Virus record (IMG/VR): IMGVR_UViG_3300028837_000933
Location: 1-64,000 of that record
Length of the DNA: 64,000 nt
Source: a virus
Direction: 5' to 3' (one strand)
Under the pieces are notes generated by a model. The model worked only from the letters and a program-made list of their open reading frames with translations, was not told where the DNA came from and searched no databases. Positions within the stretch are counted from its first letter, which is position 1, and each line of letters opens with the position of its first letter. Position numbers and translations under genes: made by a program. Shown here one piece after another: positions 37,801 through 47,393 of the stretch.

Positions 37801-39996
37801 CATGGCAGACTGGGTGTGCATGGCATACCCGGTTTGGGCCTCCCTCATGGACACGTAAGTTCTGGTTCCAGCGTCCTCGAGGCCCTCCAGCAAGTTTATC
37901 TCGGCATCAATGGCATCGATGCCCCGCTCGCGAGCCTGCAACTGCATGTCCATGAGCGGGAGCAGCACACGCAGGGCGTTCTGCGTGGTGATGGTGGCCA
38001 GGAACTCTGTGCGCTGCGCTTCCTCCATCTCGCCCGTAGCCTCGGCCAGCACGCGCACGGCGCCAGCTATACCGATGAACTTACCCTCAGCATCGATGAA
38101 GGCGCCTTCCCCCACAACCGCATCGAGTGCCGCCCTTGCTTTGTCCGATGGCGCGATGAGGTTCTCCAGCACGCGGGCCAAGCCACGTCCAGCCCTGCTG
38201 CCACGCTGGCCATACGCCGCCAGGATATTGAGCACCGCGGCCGTTTCCTCGAACGAGACATTCGCCATGTCAGCGAATCCACCGACCATAGAGAATGCCT
38301 GTCCCAAGTCGTCCACTTCCGCCTTGGACCTTGCGGCAACGGTGATGAGCTTCGCCACGACATCGGTCGTTTCGCTGGTGTGTTTGCCGTACATGGAGAG
38401 GATGTCGGTGGTGATCTCGACAGCTTGAGACTGGTCGATGAAGCCGAGCTTGGTCAGCTGCTGAATGGCCTGGCTGTCCACCAGAATCTGATTTAGGTCG
38501 TCCTGGCTCTTTACCTGCGCACCCGTGGCCGTGGCCCATTTGAACAGCAGATCCGCCTGCTCTTCTGGCTTGAGGGCACTCACACTGCCGGCCATTTGCC
38601 GCAGCGCGTAGTCCAGCGCCTCGGTCTGCTCTCTATTGGCCTCTAGGTTCCGGGCGGCCCTTTCGAGCGGACGATTCAGATCCATGTACTCTTTGGCGGT
38701 CGCGCCTAGCCCTCCCAGTGCGGCACCACCGGCCATCATCATCCCGCGCCCGTAGCCCGCCATTTGATAGCCAAAGCCACGCATACCCCACGCGCGTCGC
38801 TGTGCCGCCTGGATGCCTGCTGAGTACTTTTCAATGCCGCCCATCTTCGCCCACTTCTCGGGCGCAACGGTCAATTGCTCGAAAATCTTCTTCTGCTCTT
38901 TGGCGAGCTTCTTCGCCCTTGTCTGCTCATCTTCGACTAGGTCGAACTGCTTTTGCATCGCCTTGTGATGCCGTGCGATTGCACCCGCGATTGACTTGGG
39001 ATCTCTGGCATCGGGTAGATCCTCGATCGTCACTAGGCCCTTGATCTTGGATTTGTCAACATGAACATCCATGGCGCGGGTGAACCGGATGTTTTGTTCG
39101 GTCGCTTTCTTGAAGATGACGCCCCGCTTCTCGAAATACTGCTTGAGCTGGTCGAGGCTGGCCATCCGCCCGCCAAGCGGCTCACCCTGCTCGCCTCGTG
39201 CGCCAGCTGGAAACCTCATCGTGCGGAAGGCTTTCACCATCTCTTCGCTGAGATGCTTGGCCTCCATGATCATGGGATCAAAGGCGCCTTCCTCGGCCGT
39301 TTTCATCGTGTCGATCCAGTGGATAACACCCTCGACCATGGCGGGAATGTAGGAGCCACCGACTACCTGCGTATGCGCTTGGAGTGCGCTCTCGATCAGC
39401 GGTGCGAACGCATCAGCCAACCCAGCCTGCATCGCCTCGGTGGAGGTCTGGATCTGCGCGACCGTTGATGCGTAGGTAGAGGCAACTGACGTTACATCGC
39501 CAATCCAGTCCTGGAGCGTCATGCTCAGCGATTCCCAGCGAGCAATCTGGGACGTTAGCCTCCGCGACTGTGAAGTGGTTTCCGTTCCCAGTTTCCTTGC
39601 ACCGGCCGCCGCTGCCTCGAAAGAGGACTTCAGAGCCCCGGAGTGCCCAGCTAGTTCACTTGACGACTTGCTTGCCATCTTGGCGGCCTCAGCGTACGCC
39701 ACCAGGGGGGCCTGAATGTTAGCACCAGATCCTAGACCTTTGAACGCGCCCGAGAGCGATGTCTGAATCTGTGAAGCGGCGGCCTGCACGCCTGTTGCGA
39801 GTGCAGGCCCGACTTCAGCAGCCCTTGCCTCCAACTGCTCGAACACCTGATAGATATTCTCTGGCATCTGGAGTTCAGGCAGCTTGATCGACTGCGCCTC
39901 TATGACAGCGGTAACGGCAGACGCCCATTTCTGGGCCTCTGCCTGGGCGCTCGAGTGGTCAATTGTCAGAACGAATGCGTGTTTTGCAGCCGGCAT
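34834..39996 (-). CDS. tail tape measure protein (TP901-like core)
   Basis: 1720 aa, helical, Ala-rich; LGQAFSMVG..A...VSFEETAA.L..LA..G.RGS.AG. Confidence 0.9.
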   Translation of the reverse strand: MPAAKHAFVLTIDHSSAQAEAQKWASAVTAVIEAQSIKLPELQMPENIYQVFEQLEARAAEVGPALATGVQAAASQIQTSLSGAFKGLGSGANIQAPLVAYAEAAKMASKSSSELAGHSGALKSSFEAAAAGARKLGTETTSQSRRLTSQIARWESLSMTLQDWIGDVTSVASTYASTVAQIQTSTEAMQAGLADAFAPLIESALQAHTQVVGGSYIPAMVEGVIHWIDTMKTAEEGAFDPMIMEAKHLSEEMVKAFRTMRFPAGARGEQGEPLGGRMASLDQLKQYFEKRGVIFKKATEQNIRFTRAMDVHVDKSKIKGLVTIEDLPDARDPKSIAGAIARHHKAMQKQFDLVEDEQTRAKKLAKEQKKIFEQLTVAPEKWAKMGGIEKYSAGIQAAQRRAWGMRGFGYQMAGYGRGMMMAGGAALGGLGATAKEYMDLNRPLERAARNLEANREQTEALDYALRQMAGSVSALKPEEQADLLFKWATATGAQVKSQDDLNQILVDSQAIQQLTKLGFIDQSQAVEITTDILSMYGKHTSETTDVVAKLITVAARSKAEVDDLGQAFSMVGGFADMANVSFEETAAVLNILAAYGQRGSRAGRGLARVLENLIAPSDKARAALDAVVGEGAFIDAEGKFIGIAGAVRVLAEATGEMEEAQRTEFLATITTQNALRVLLPLMDMQLQARERGIDAIDAEINLLEGLEDAGTRTYVSMREAQTGYAMHTQSAMETMNQQWTAYTESLTGQADMAKARWAAFVDTVGKSLATVIVPAISEYVEKFGTLIALLERHPELVRGAAVGAGAILAIGATVTALGKVVAMAADILMWKAARAMVIAADKNLLAAKGMDAAATKMGGTSFFTKGPAKGGGAGGAVVAGGIAVMTALIVGNVISSLATEKDLYDLFSVKEEKWAAVLEAEQEASEMERTEAEVLLEKAKEERLALEAYAEKGVVAVRKIWEGDTSGLEFEDVPDEYKAFTGKGAGEWLISTKLIESDWVEVQAQIDALENRLQELQIASQKAAEETRGDIRQARADAAYAQNEARRAIREQAFQARMAVDWGPARDPYPMEYENYLLEEQARRLREQRIQIAGVKAEMWEKEKALLSLAEALGINIEQLRIFGREVGTVRLVLGEWDLSEIEQAIKMVTEFIPSSREVATQAGEAARGGLAQFHGLLDIMSPAQIEEAQNRYLEGLVTLYQEVEGQDQRHIDFRKAQYDQWWSDWISGEKEAVRERERLAEEHNDKLIKMQEKIRDAFKSEVEAGLTPTSVTAEDVAKTDMGTYEDKWDEYVRQLRAAMQGSAEWKHLLPSDMEMRNDQKEINAWGEERIRQFYQGMLPEHINWDAFARDFERRIAEKIGKQNLVKTAIEELKKRGITATRQDVMQALGLTSEFENAFFGGATPEQAGKDLAPKIEEALGGVQVKKEAVDPLAGQLSGHVSTGFKDDLEDVDWVPMFTGAVQGSIDKKKTDLEKLGERIGTPLWEKIVDVGASGFVDAFIDAAGSLEIAPGDLDDLALEFLEASALSFQNVIGGVGWTESFVSTLQGDLEEKQESVRGIGTNMLALIWEGLSAQMQTTDTGGTGLSTDAAAVGGSMFEQMFFGGQEPETVAETLSQKIAGVMTAIQFGGETLEPLAESMVSTMTHDIQIKLGEYTWTEMFASAMEKDLVRSKGAGLKRVGRGLVAPIWTGVKERFGEHDLIDLIVMIVMEKLAERMGGD

Positions 39997-40130
39997 TAGC
40001 CTATCTCCATAACGTTACCTTCGGAACGGCAAGGATTCAGCAGCAAGAAACCGCAAAGGAGAACACAATGCTGAGGGAGCCAAGTCGACCAACATACATC
40101 GGTACTCCTTTGCGGCCTCCTGATGCTGAA

Positions 40131-40628
40131 TCAATCCAGCTTGGCGGCAGCTCTCTCCAACGCTTCAACGATCGCATGATCGATCTGCGCAATGTCTTCG
40201 TCAGCCAACAAGTGCATGGGTCGAGGCGGCAGGCGGAGCAAAGTGCTCCCGGTTGTCAGCAAGTCCACATGCGGATGCTCGCTTCCCACCACCAGGATCG
40301 TGAACCCCGCAAACGTGCCCCAGTCCTCGACATGGTCAGAATGCCCTGGATCGGTCCAGGAGTACATCAGATTGCGCGTTCGCTGCAAGATCGGATGCTC
40401 GCCCGGAAAGCCGGCATCGCGCCTCTCCCGAATCGTTCGCGCTGCCAGTTCTGGCCAGCGCATCGGCGCCGGCCCTTCGCTCTCGAACGTGCGGGAGAAG
40501 CCGAACCTAATCCGGTCGGCAATCTGTTTCTTCTCGTCTGCGCCCAGTCTGTTCGGCACATCCGCATACTCGCGGGCGGCCTCCATCAAGGCCACCTTGT
40601 CGATCGCCAGCGTGCGAACTATGGGCAT
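40131..40628 (-). CDS. virion morphogenesis/tail completion protein (Mu gpG-like)
   Basis: FESEG...W..LA..TI..R...ILQRT..L..S...LP.RP. Confidence 0.75.
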   Translation of the reverse strand: MPIVRTLAIDKVALMEAAREYADVPNRLGADEKKQIADRIRFGFSRTFESEGPAPMRWPELAARTIRERRDAGFPGEHPILQRTRNLMYSWTDPGHSDHVEDWGTFAGFTILVVGSEHPHVDLLTTGSTLLRLPPRPMHLLADEDIAQIDHAIVEALERAAAKLD

Positions 40629-40629
40629 C

Positions 40630-40803
40630 TCATTTCTCCCAGGAGAACGTGTACCTCGGCTCCACGTTGGCCTCGCGGCCCACCAGCTGCACGGCGCCGC
40701 AGCACACCTCTAAAGGACCATCGCTCGTTTGTAGCATTACAACCTTGGGAATCGTCTCCACTTCATCATCCACTTTCCTGCTTTCATCCAAGTTTGGCGT
40801 CAT
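40630..40803 (-). CDS. 57-aa hypothetical protein (below track cut-off)
   Basis: MTPNLDESRK...FSWEK*; overlaps the upstream stop and fills the gap exactly. Confidence 0.45.
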   Translation of the reverse strand: MTPNLDESRKVDDEVETIPKVVMLQTSDGPLEVCCGAVQLVGREANVEPRYTFSWEK

Positions 40804-41186
40804 TGGTTCTCTTTCTTGGCCGCTAGTTCGGCCTGAATCCTTGCCACGCGATCCCTGGCCTTCTCGACAGCCTGCACCTCGCGCTCGAGATGGCGCTTGC
40901 GCTGGTCTATGATGGCTATGTCATGCAACCACCACGCAGCTTGGTCCAGCAGCGCACCACCCCAAGGGAGATGGCGCCAATCCAGGATCTCGCAAAGTCG
41001 ATAGAGTTCTAGGCTGACATCGGGACGAACCATTTTGAGCCGTGTCGTAAGCCAGTCTGACTCATCCTCTTCGTCCTCGCGGTCATATTCTTCGTCAGCG
41101 TCCGTTTGTTCCGACCGCAGCCAGGCTTCCAAGTAGGGATCGATTCGCCCCCACTGTTCCCGAAGCCTGGCGGGACTTAGTTTTTT
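40800..41186 (-). CDS. tail assembly chaperone, frameshifted (GT-type) extension
   Basis: -1 frame entered at CCC AAA AAA C; W..LP..G.LLDQ..W motif. Confidence 0.75.
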   Translation of the reverse strand, partial: KKLSPARLREQWGRIDPYLEAWLRSEQTDADEEYDREDEEDESDWLTTRLKMVRPDVSLELYRLCEILDWRHLPWGGALLDQAAWWLHDIAIIDQRKRHLEREVQAVEKARDRVARIQAELAAKKENQ

Positions 41187-41896
41187 GGGCCGTCCGCCGT
41201 CTCCACCACCACATCGGATGCCAGCCAGTCTGGCGTCCAATCGGGATTGCAGGCGTACGACTGAGAGAGAACAGGCTCTACGATGTAGTTCGGCACGTTG
41301 ACCCAGTCCTGAATCCTTTGCGGCCACTCGAAGTTTTCCACCAGTGGTTCGCCCTCATCATCGCGAGCGACCGCCCCTATGATCGTAGCGGCGGCAGACA
41401 TCGTTGCCCAGGCTTCCGCCTGCGGACTGGTCAGGGCTGCCTTGAGATCGGCATTGAGCGGCAACTCCGGATCATCTGGATCGAGCCCCGCGTTTTCGAG
41501 ACGCTTCCGCCTCGCCCAACGCTGGGCATCAGCCGCGGCCTGAACCTGTCTCATGCGCCCGGCGAACGTTGCGACCTGCACGGTCAGTACGATTCGGCGC
41601 TCCTTCGCCCGTTTCTTTTGCAGTCTCTCGATGCGCCGCAGTTCTTTTTGGGCGTCCTTCAGCCGCTCCTGCGCCTTTTCTATTTTCGCATCGAGTTTCG
41701 GATCGTCCTCCGGTTCCTTCGGTTCGGTCGGTGGTGCATCCCGCTCAGCGATCAGGGCATCGAGCTGCTCCTGACGTTCATCCACCAGAAGCCGCTTTTC
41801 CCTACGGTCCTGGAGTAGTTCCGTCTCCCGGAGCAGCTCGTCCCCGATCAACGGTCGAGATACCTCGACCCGTACGGTCTGAATCAAGTCTTTCAT
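41177..41896 (-). CDS. tail assembly chaperone (G-type)
   Basis: Lies between tail tube and tape measure; ends CCA AAA AAC TAA. Confidence 0.75.
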   Translation of the reverse strand: MKDLIQTVRVEVSRPLIGDELLRETELLQDRREKRLLVDERQEQLDALIAERDAPPTEPKEPEDDPKLDAKIEKAQERLKDAQKELRRIERLQKKRAKERRIVLTVQVATFAGRMRQVQAAADAQRWARRKRLENAGLDPDDPELPLNADLKAALTSPQAEAWATMSAAATIIGAVARDDEGEPLVENFEWPQRIQDWVNVPNYIVEPVLSQSYACNPDWTPDWLASDVVVETADGPKN

Positions 41897-41928
41897 GGCT
41901 CCCTCTCTTTAGTTGTAGGACTTCATCA

Positions 41929-43692
41929 CTAGGCCACGTATTCGTAAGCCTTGAAGTCCATGTTGTTGACCAGACCGATCATCCAGCCCGTGCTGTCCCG
42001 CTCCAACTCACAGGTGAGATCGCCGTGGACGAGGTCCCCAGCGGCCTGCGGCGTGGTGCGGTTCATCAGGTTGGCCTCATCGGCTTCGAGCCGGAACGCA
42101 AACCTCTCCGTGCTACCGGTTTGGCCGGGCACGACCGTACCGCTGGCATAGAAGAGGTCCAACGTCTTTTCAACGGGCGTGGTCGATGGCGAGTTGCCAT
42201 CAATCGCGCCGAAGAAAATCTCCCTGTAAATCTCACCCTCGCGGGCTCCGAGATACACATCGATGGTGACGTTGCACGAGCGCTCGTTCGGCTCGATGTT
42301 GTACGGCTCGCCCTCGCACTGCTGCGGCTCGACCTGCACGTCCCAGGTCATTTCGATGCTCGAAGCCGCGATGCGGAAGGCGGTGCCGTCCAGTTCGGTG
42401 TGGCCGTAGGCATCCAGGGTGTTGGGTGCTACCACACCTGTCTGCTCTGCCGTGACGTTCAGCGTCTCGGCCTCGACCTGTTTCCAGGTCACGGCCTGGC
42501 CGCTGAAGTTGATGGTGAGTTCGGCCTTGTCGGCACCCTCGATGGTTAGGCTGGACAGGCGGCTCGCCTTGTAGATCAAGTCCAGCCAGGCGGCAGGATC
42601 GACCTGGTTGCGGAAGGTGTAGTGCGGGAAGTCGGCGCCCACATCGATCGGCACGAACAGATGCTTGTTCGCCTTGACTTTCGCGTCATCGGCGGTGTAA
42701 GTGGTGGCGCCCGTGTCATCCGCGGTGAAGCCAAGGTCATCGGAGATCGTGCAGGCCGCATCCGTCCAGTCGATGTCAAGACTGACGGAATCGGTCTCGA
42801 TGGTGTACAGGTTGGTGCTGGTGTCGTAGGTGACGGTATACACCCCATCCAGCGTACCTTGGTTATCGAGCACCGCCTTGAGTGCCGCCCCGACAGAGAA
42901 CGGCGACAGCGGGTAGCGGGCTGTGCAGATGGAGCCCGTACCTCCGATGACGCTCACGGTGAACGGCCCGCCACCATTATCGGTGATGACGATGCCATCG
43001 TTGATGCCAGTGCGGAACCAGTGCTTCGCGGTGACATCCCCATCAGAGCGCTCGTCATCGGCCTCGTAGGTGACGCCGCCCGTGTCATCGGCCGAGTGAT
43101 CGTACCCCAGCAGATTGGCCATCATGGGCGTGGTTGTCCAGTGCAGCGACAACGTGGTCCCGGCGTGCGCGATGGTGATCTTGTCATCGGTCACGCTGAC
43201 GGTGTAGGTCTGAGTGAGGGTCGTATCGGCATCGAGCATGAGCTGCAACGCCGCTGCCACCTCAGTCAGAGTGTAGGGGGTGCCTGCCACCAGTGGTGTC
43301 AAGTACCCCGGATCGATGACATCAAGCAAAGAGATCGTGACCGGCCCGCCGCCGTCATCCGTCACGGAAATCTCGTCATTGACGCCAGCCCAGAACTGGA
43401 TGCCACCGCTCCACGGTTGCATCCCGAAAGCTGCCAGCAAGTGCCCTTGATTGCCGGCGCGGAGGCGTCCGTTACCGGTCAGGTCTACCGCGTCAAAGCC
43501 CAGAATCGGCGGTACGGTCCTGTCCAGCTTTTGCTCGCCCATCTCGGCGGCATCATCGCCACGCACGGGATTGGGCGTGTGGTCAAAGTCGTACAACCGG
43601 AACTTGTACAGCGTCTCCGCATAGGTATCCTCATCGAGTTGAGGCCCCATGGAGACTACTGTGGTTTTGCCCGAAGGCGTCTTGTCAGCCAT
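41929..43692 (-). CDS. major tail tube protein with two inserted domains
   Basis: Position, acidic beta-rich composition; duplicated G.ND.I..TD.GGGP.T insert; AGGAGG RBS. Confidence 0.7.
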   Translation of the reverse strand: MADKTPSGKTTVVSMGPQLDEDTYAETLYKFRLYDFDHTPNPVRGDDAAEMGEQKLDRTVPPILGFDAVDLTGNGRLRAGNQGHLLAAFGMQPWSGGIQFWAGVNDEISVTDDGGGPVTISLLDVIDPGYLTPLVAGTPYTLTEVAAALQLMLDADTTLTQTYTVSVTDDKITIAHAGTTLSLHWTTTPMMANLLGYDHSADDTGGVTYEADDERSDGDVTAKHWFRTGINDGIVITDNGGGPFTVSVIGGTGSICTARYPLSPFSVGAALKAVLDNQGTLDGVYTVTYDTSTNLYTIETDSVSLDIDWTDAACTISDDLGFTADDTGATTYTADDAKVKANKHLFVPIDVGADFPHYTFRNQVDPAAWLDLIYKASRLSSLTIEGADKAELTINFSGQAVTWKQVEAETLNVTAEQTGVVAPNTLDAYGHTELDGTAFRIAASSIEMTWDVQVEPQQCEGEPYNIEPNERSCNVTIDVYLGAREGEIYREIFFGAIDGNSPSTTPVEKTLDLFYASGTVVPGQTGSTERFAFRLEADEANLMNRTTPQAAGDLVHGDLTCELERDSTGWMIGLVNNMDFKAYEYVA

Positions 43693-43709
43693 GTTTCATT
43701 CCTCCTGGT

Positions 43710-44141
43710 TTAGAGTTCCTTCGCGTCATTTCGCCAGCCCATGACTCTCTCGTCCGAAACCCCGTAGAGTTCCAGCGCGATCTCATGGCAGCGGTCGTCG
43801 CTCAGGTTTTTCAAGTCATCCACTGTGGCCACACCGAACTCGCGAAGCTGCTGGGCTCTGCCCTCACCGATACCGGGTACATCGGACAACCCGGATGGTT
43901 CAGCGGGCACCACCTCCGCGAATGCGTCTGACCTCTCGGTCGGCTCGACGACCTCTGCGAATGAGCGGCGGATGGGTTCGGCGGGAGTCTCCCATGCAAA
44001 CGCCCCACTTTCGACCAGCTCGTCGGCTAGACCTGCCTCCACATCAACAGCATGTCCGAGCCTCGTGAAGCTGAGCCCGGCTATCCTGGGATGGGTGAAC
44101 GTACCCTCTCCTGCGTAGTAGATCCGTTTCATTGCTGTCAT
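43710..44141 (-). CDS. helix-hairpin-helix domain protein
   Basis: LSDVPGIGEGRAQQLREFGVATVDDL...W...A. Confidence 0.75.
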   Translation of the reverse strand: MTAMKRIYYAGEGTFTHPRIAGLSFTRLGHAVDVEAGLADELVESGAFAWETPAEPIRRSFAEVVEPTERSDAFAEVVPAEPSGLSDVPGIGEGRAQQLREFGVATVDDLKNLSDDRCHEIALELYGVSDERVMGWRNDAKEL

Positions 44142-44154
44142 TTCTATGCTCCTC

Positions 44155-44727
44155 TCACCATTTGAGGTCTTCCGTCCTCATCAGGACTTCCCAGACGATC
44201 TCGCCGCGCCAGGCTAGAGTACCCTCGCGAAACAGCACAAACCTGTGTCTGCCCAGTTCGAGATTACCACTGGCCTCATCCTCATACTGTACAGTCGGCG
44301 CGAACGATCGCATTGCCCTCCCGATACGCTGCTTGAGAACCTCGGTACTGGCGTAGCACGCCTTGTAAAACTCCGCCTCTGTGGGTTCCGCCCCATACCC
44401 CATGCTTTCGGGCGTGTATCGGATAACGGCGAAACAGTTCCAGAGATACTCGTAGTCACCTCCCCGCGTCTGGGTGCCAGGTGGTATGTCCTCACGGAAT
44501 AGGTACTGTATGACATAGGCTGGAACCTCGTCATCGTCCCATTCGGCCTGGGGAATGACTTTGCCCAGCCGGCACGTCTTCAATTGTAGGTACTTAGGGA
44601 CAGCGTAGGCTTCCCCCCCACTCGCACACAGGCGATTGACCTCATCACAGATAGCCTGTTCCACATCTGCCAGGAACGAGCCTGTAATGATCCCGTTTTC
44701 CAACGTGCCGTCAACTGTCTCTACCAC
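44155..44727 (-). CDS. putative tail terminator
   Basis: Size and position upstream of the tail tube. Confidence 0.45.
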   Translation of the reverse strand: MVETVDGTLENGIITGSFLADVEQAICDEVNRLCASGGEAYAVPKYLQLKTCRLGKVIPQAEWDDDEVPAYVIQYLFREDIPPGTQTRGGDYEYLWNCFAVIRYTPESMGYGAEPTEAEFYKACYASTEVLKQRIGRAMRSFAPTVQYEDEASGNLELGRHRFVLFREGTLAWRGEIVWEVLMRTEDLKW

Positions 44728-44738
44728 GGTGCGCTCCT

Positions 44739-45995
44739 CTACCAGTCCCCTGCTTCAAAGGACAACGCCTCGTCCTTTGGCTCTTTGTCTTTCGACTGCC
44801 AACGCTCATAGGCCAGTGCCAGCATGATCAGCAACAGCCACCACCAACTACCGCGGTCGCTCGGAATAAAGCCCGCGTCCGGTTCTGGCGGCGGCACGGT
44901 CGGGATCGGCTCCAAAACTAGCCCCATCTGTTGAGAGTATTGATCCATCTCTGGCCAAGGCTCTTCGCCTAGTTGCCATCTCCGGAACCTTTCCTCGAAC
45001 TCCTCGCGAGTCATCAGTTCCGGCAAGAGAAAGCACATGCACAAGATGTGCAACGGTAGGCTCACCGAGCCAACGGGCAAGACCTCACTCACCCTACTGT
45101 TAGGCCAGCCTACGATTTCCTCGCACTCGCAGTCAATGTCTGGCGGGTGTAGGTCGTGTAGGTAGAGCCTCTCCCCAATCACCCACGGGATTGCTGCGAA
45201 GATCCGTCTTAGCGCCGCCTGATGGGCCAGCTGGATCTCGTTTCTCGCCAGCCGGAGCGCATTGTAGGCCACGCCTTCGCTACCGCACACCTCGCCTTTT
45301 ACGAGGCCGGTCGGGTCACCGGCTGCAATTTCAGCCGGCGTCAGCGCCATTCTTGCTTCCGTCCATCTGGGGCAACGTGACGAAGCGCCCAAGTGGTTCT
45401 CAAGCTCGGCGGCGATCTCATAGACCGTCAGCCCACGGCTGAACCCATTCACGATGACTTGCTGGATGGCGGCTCGCCCACCCTGTTCCAATCTCCAGAT
45501 CCGCCCTGAAAGGGTGAAGCCGTCCGAATAGACGTGGTTCTCAAGCTCCCTCAGTACATCTTCCACCTCCGCCATCCAGGGCAACGCGCCTGCAAACGGC
45601 AGCGTCCCTCCGAACTGCTCAATGAATTGGCCGACCGACTGGCCACGTCTCTCGTCCAATTCTTCGACTCCAAAGGCTTCAACGTGAAGCCTCGCCAGGG
45701 TTGCCAGGCCGATCTCCGCGGCCTCTCGCCGCGCTCTCTCAAAGGTAACTCGCCATTGTGCAAATGCCAGGAGCCAGGCCGAGCCAGCCTTGTCGACCGC
45801 GAAACGGTTGCCGAGCACGGTCAAGCGCTTTTTCTCATCGTAGTATCTCGGATTCGACAACACCACCTTGATCTCTTCGTAGATCCATAGCAGCAGCTGG
45901 TGCGTGATGCCAGTCATCCGCACGTGTAGTTTTTCAAGGGCCATCTGCTGATACACGGCCCATTCCTCAACCGGGACCTCGTAAAAGGGTGCCAC
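44739..45995 (-). CDS. minor head morphogenesis protein (MuF/SPP1 gp7-like)
   Basis: LSGRIW...YNALRLARNE...HP..D.C...PLH..CMC; follows the portal. Confidence 0.8.
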   Translation of the reverse strand: MAPFYEVPVEEWAVYQQMALEKLHVRMTGITHQLLLWIYEEIKVVLSNPRYYDEKKRLTVLGNRFAVDKAGSAWLLAFAQWRVTFERARREAAEIGLATLARLHVEAFGVEELDERRGQSVGQFIEQFGGTLPFAGALPWMAEVEDVLRELENHVYSDGFTLSGRIWRLEQGGRAAIQQVIVNGFSRGLTVYEIAAELENHLGASSRCPRWTEARMALTPAEIAAGDPTGLVKGEVCGSEGVAYNALRLARNEIQLAHQAALRRIFAAIPWVIGERLYLHDLHPPDIDCECEEIVGWPNSRVSEVLPVGSVSLPLHILCMCFLLPELMTREEFEERFRRWQLGEEPWPEMDQYSQQMGLVLEPIPTVPPPEPDAGFIPSDRGSWWWLLLIMLALAYERWQSKDKEPKDEALSFEAGDW

Positions 45996-45997
45996 GC

Positions 45998-47380
45998 TTA
46001 GTCCTCTTCGTCCTCTACGTCCTCGTCATCGTCCTCGGGTTCTTCTGCGGCCCAGCCTACCCGTGGCATCCGGATCGGCTGGTTCAGTCGGCCTATCTCA
46101 TCGGGTAGGCCCACTCCCATCTCAGCGGCTTCCTGCTCGATACGGTCGATCTCCGCAGTTGGATCGAAATCCGGGATGAATCGGGCCAGCACGCGCAAGG
46201 ATGTCTCCAGAGATAGCATATTCTGCGCACGCAGCGTTTGGAGTGCTATACTCACCTCCCGCAACACACGGGCGGAAATGGTCTTCTTCGTGCCCCATTC
46301 CAGTTCGTACGGATAGGACTCGTACCAAATGCCCGAAAGCAGCCACTGCCTTTGGAGCAAGGGCACCACAATCTCAGCGCCCATCCATGAGGACAGCGAC
46401 TCGAGAGCGGAATGATACTCGTCCGTCTGTTCCTGCAAGATGTCACGGTTGAGATCCTCGCCATACGCCATGAGACCCATAGGCACGGGGCTTGACAGCC
46501 ACCATGTCGAGATATGGTGACGGACATCTCCAATCTCGCCTAGGCTGGCATCTCCTTGCACAGCCGTAATAGAGCCCTTGTGTGGAGTGAAGAAGTCAGC
46601 TACGGCAGCAAACGAGTCCTGCAAGATCGATTTGTTCCGCTGGCGGTACTCTTCGATCTGCGTGTCACTGGCGCCCTCCAGTACGTGAAGATAGCGCATC
46701 CCTGCCCGTACCTTCCGTCTGATGGCGATGTCCAGTTCGCCCTCCCGCACTCGCTTCCATGGCCCGGTGGCCGTGGAAAACATCGGCGTACCATAGCGGT
46801 TGCCCTCATCGTGGTTGGCGCGGGCATGGACAATCTGCCAGCTGCTGAACCAGATCGAGTCCTCGTTAGGCCCCAGTGACATCCAGGCATTGGCATCCCA
46901 CCAGTAAGCCATTTCGGGATCGTCAAACTTGTCGAACTCGTTACTGGCTCGGTGCATCTCCAGAGTCGGCTTGCGACTTATCTCCCGGATAAGGTTGTCG
47001 GCAGATACGCCCACTTCAAGGAACGAGTCGCCGTCCCTCTCCGTGAGTCGATACCAGGGCGGCAAGGTAGTATCGAGCTCCAACCTCTCGATGAGGGCTT
47101 GGCCCTCCTCCTCCATTTCGCTGTTGGTTGGCACCGACACTCTAAGCCCGCCCTTTGTGATGTCCCTCGAGACTTTGCGCAGAATCCCCGAGCAACGCGG
47201 GTCTTCATCGTACATCTGCCTACACACGCGAACTGTATTGCTCCGGTCCTGTTCCGCCTGCAAACGCGAATACAGTTCATCGTGCCGCACGGGTTGCGCG
47301 TGGGCATCTATGGTTGTCTCGGGGTCGTCATCCGATTGCCTACGCCGGAAGAAGGCTGCGATTCGGTCCGTTAGCGCCAT
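45998..47380 (-). CDS. portal protein
   Basis: 460 aa; RDGDSFLE...QIVH.R...RYG.P...I.R..RA...VP...; acidic tail; adjacent to the MuF-like gene. Confidence 0.8.
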   Translation of the reverse strand: MALTDRIAAFFRRRQSDDDPETTIDAHAQPVRHDELYSRLQAEQDRSNTVRVCRQMYDEDPRCSGILRKVSRDITKGGLRVSVPTNSEMEEEGQALIERLELDTTLPPWYRLTERDGDSFLEVGVSADNLIREISRKPTLEMHRASNEFDKFDDPEMAYWWDANAWMSLGPNEDSIWFSSWQIVHARANHDEGNRYGTPMFSTATGPWKRVREGELDIAIRRKVRAGMRYLHVLEGASDTQIEEYRQRNKSILQDSFAAVADFFTPHKGSITAVQGDASLGEIGDVRHHISTWWLSSPVPMGLMAYGEDLNRDILQEQTDEYHSALESLSSWMGAEIVVPLLQRQWLLSGIWYESYPYELEWGTKKTISARVLREVSIALQTLRAQNMLSLETSLRVLARFIPDFDPTAEIDRIEQEAAEMGVGLPDEIGRLNQPIRMPRVGWAAEEPEDDDEDVEDEED

Positions 47381-47393
47381 ATCCTAGTCCCTC

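Noticed and set aside
41569-43713. Long + strand ORFs opposite the tail genes
   Set aside because: Shadow ORFs of GC3-rich - strand genes with no recognisable motifs
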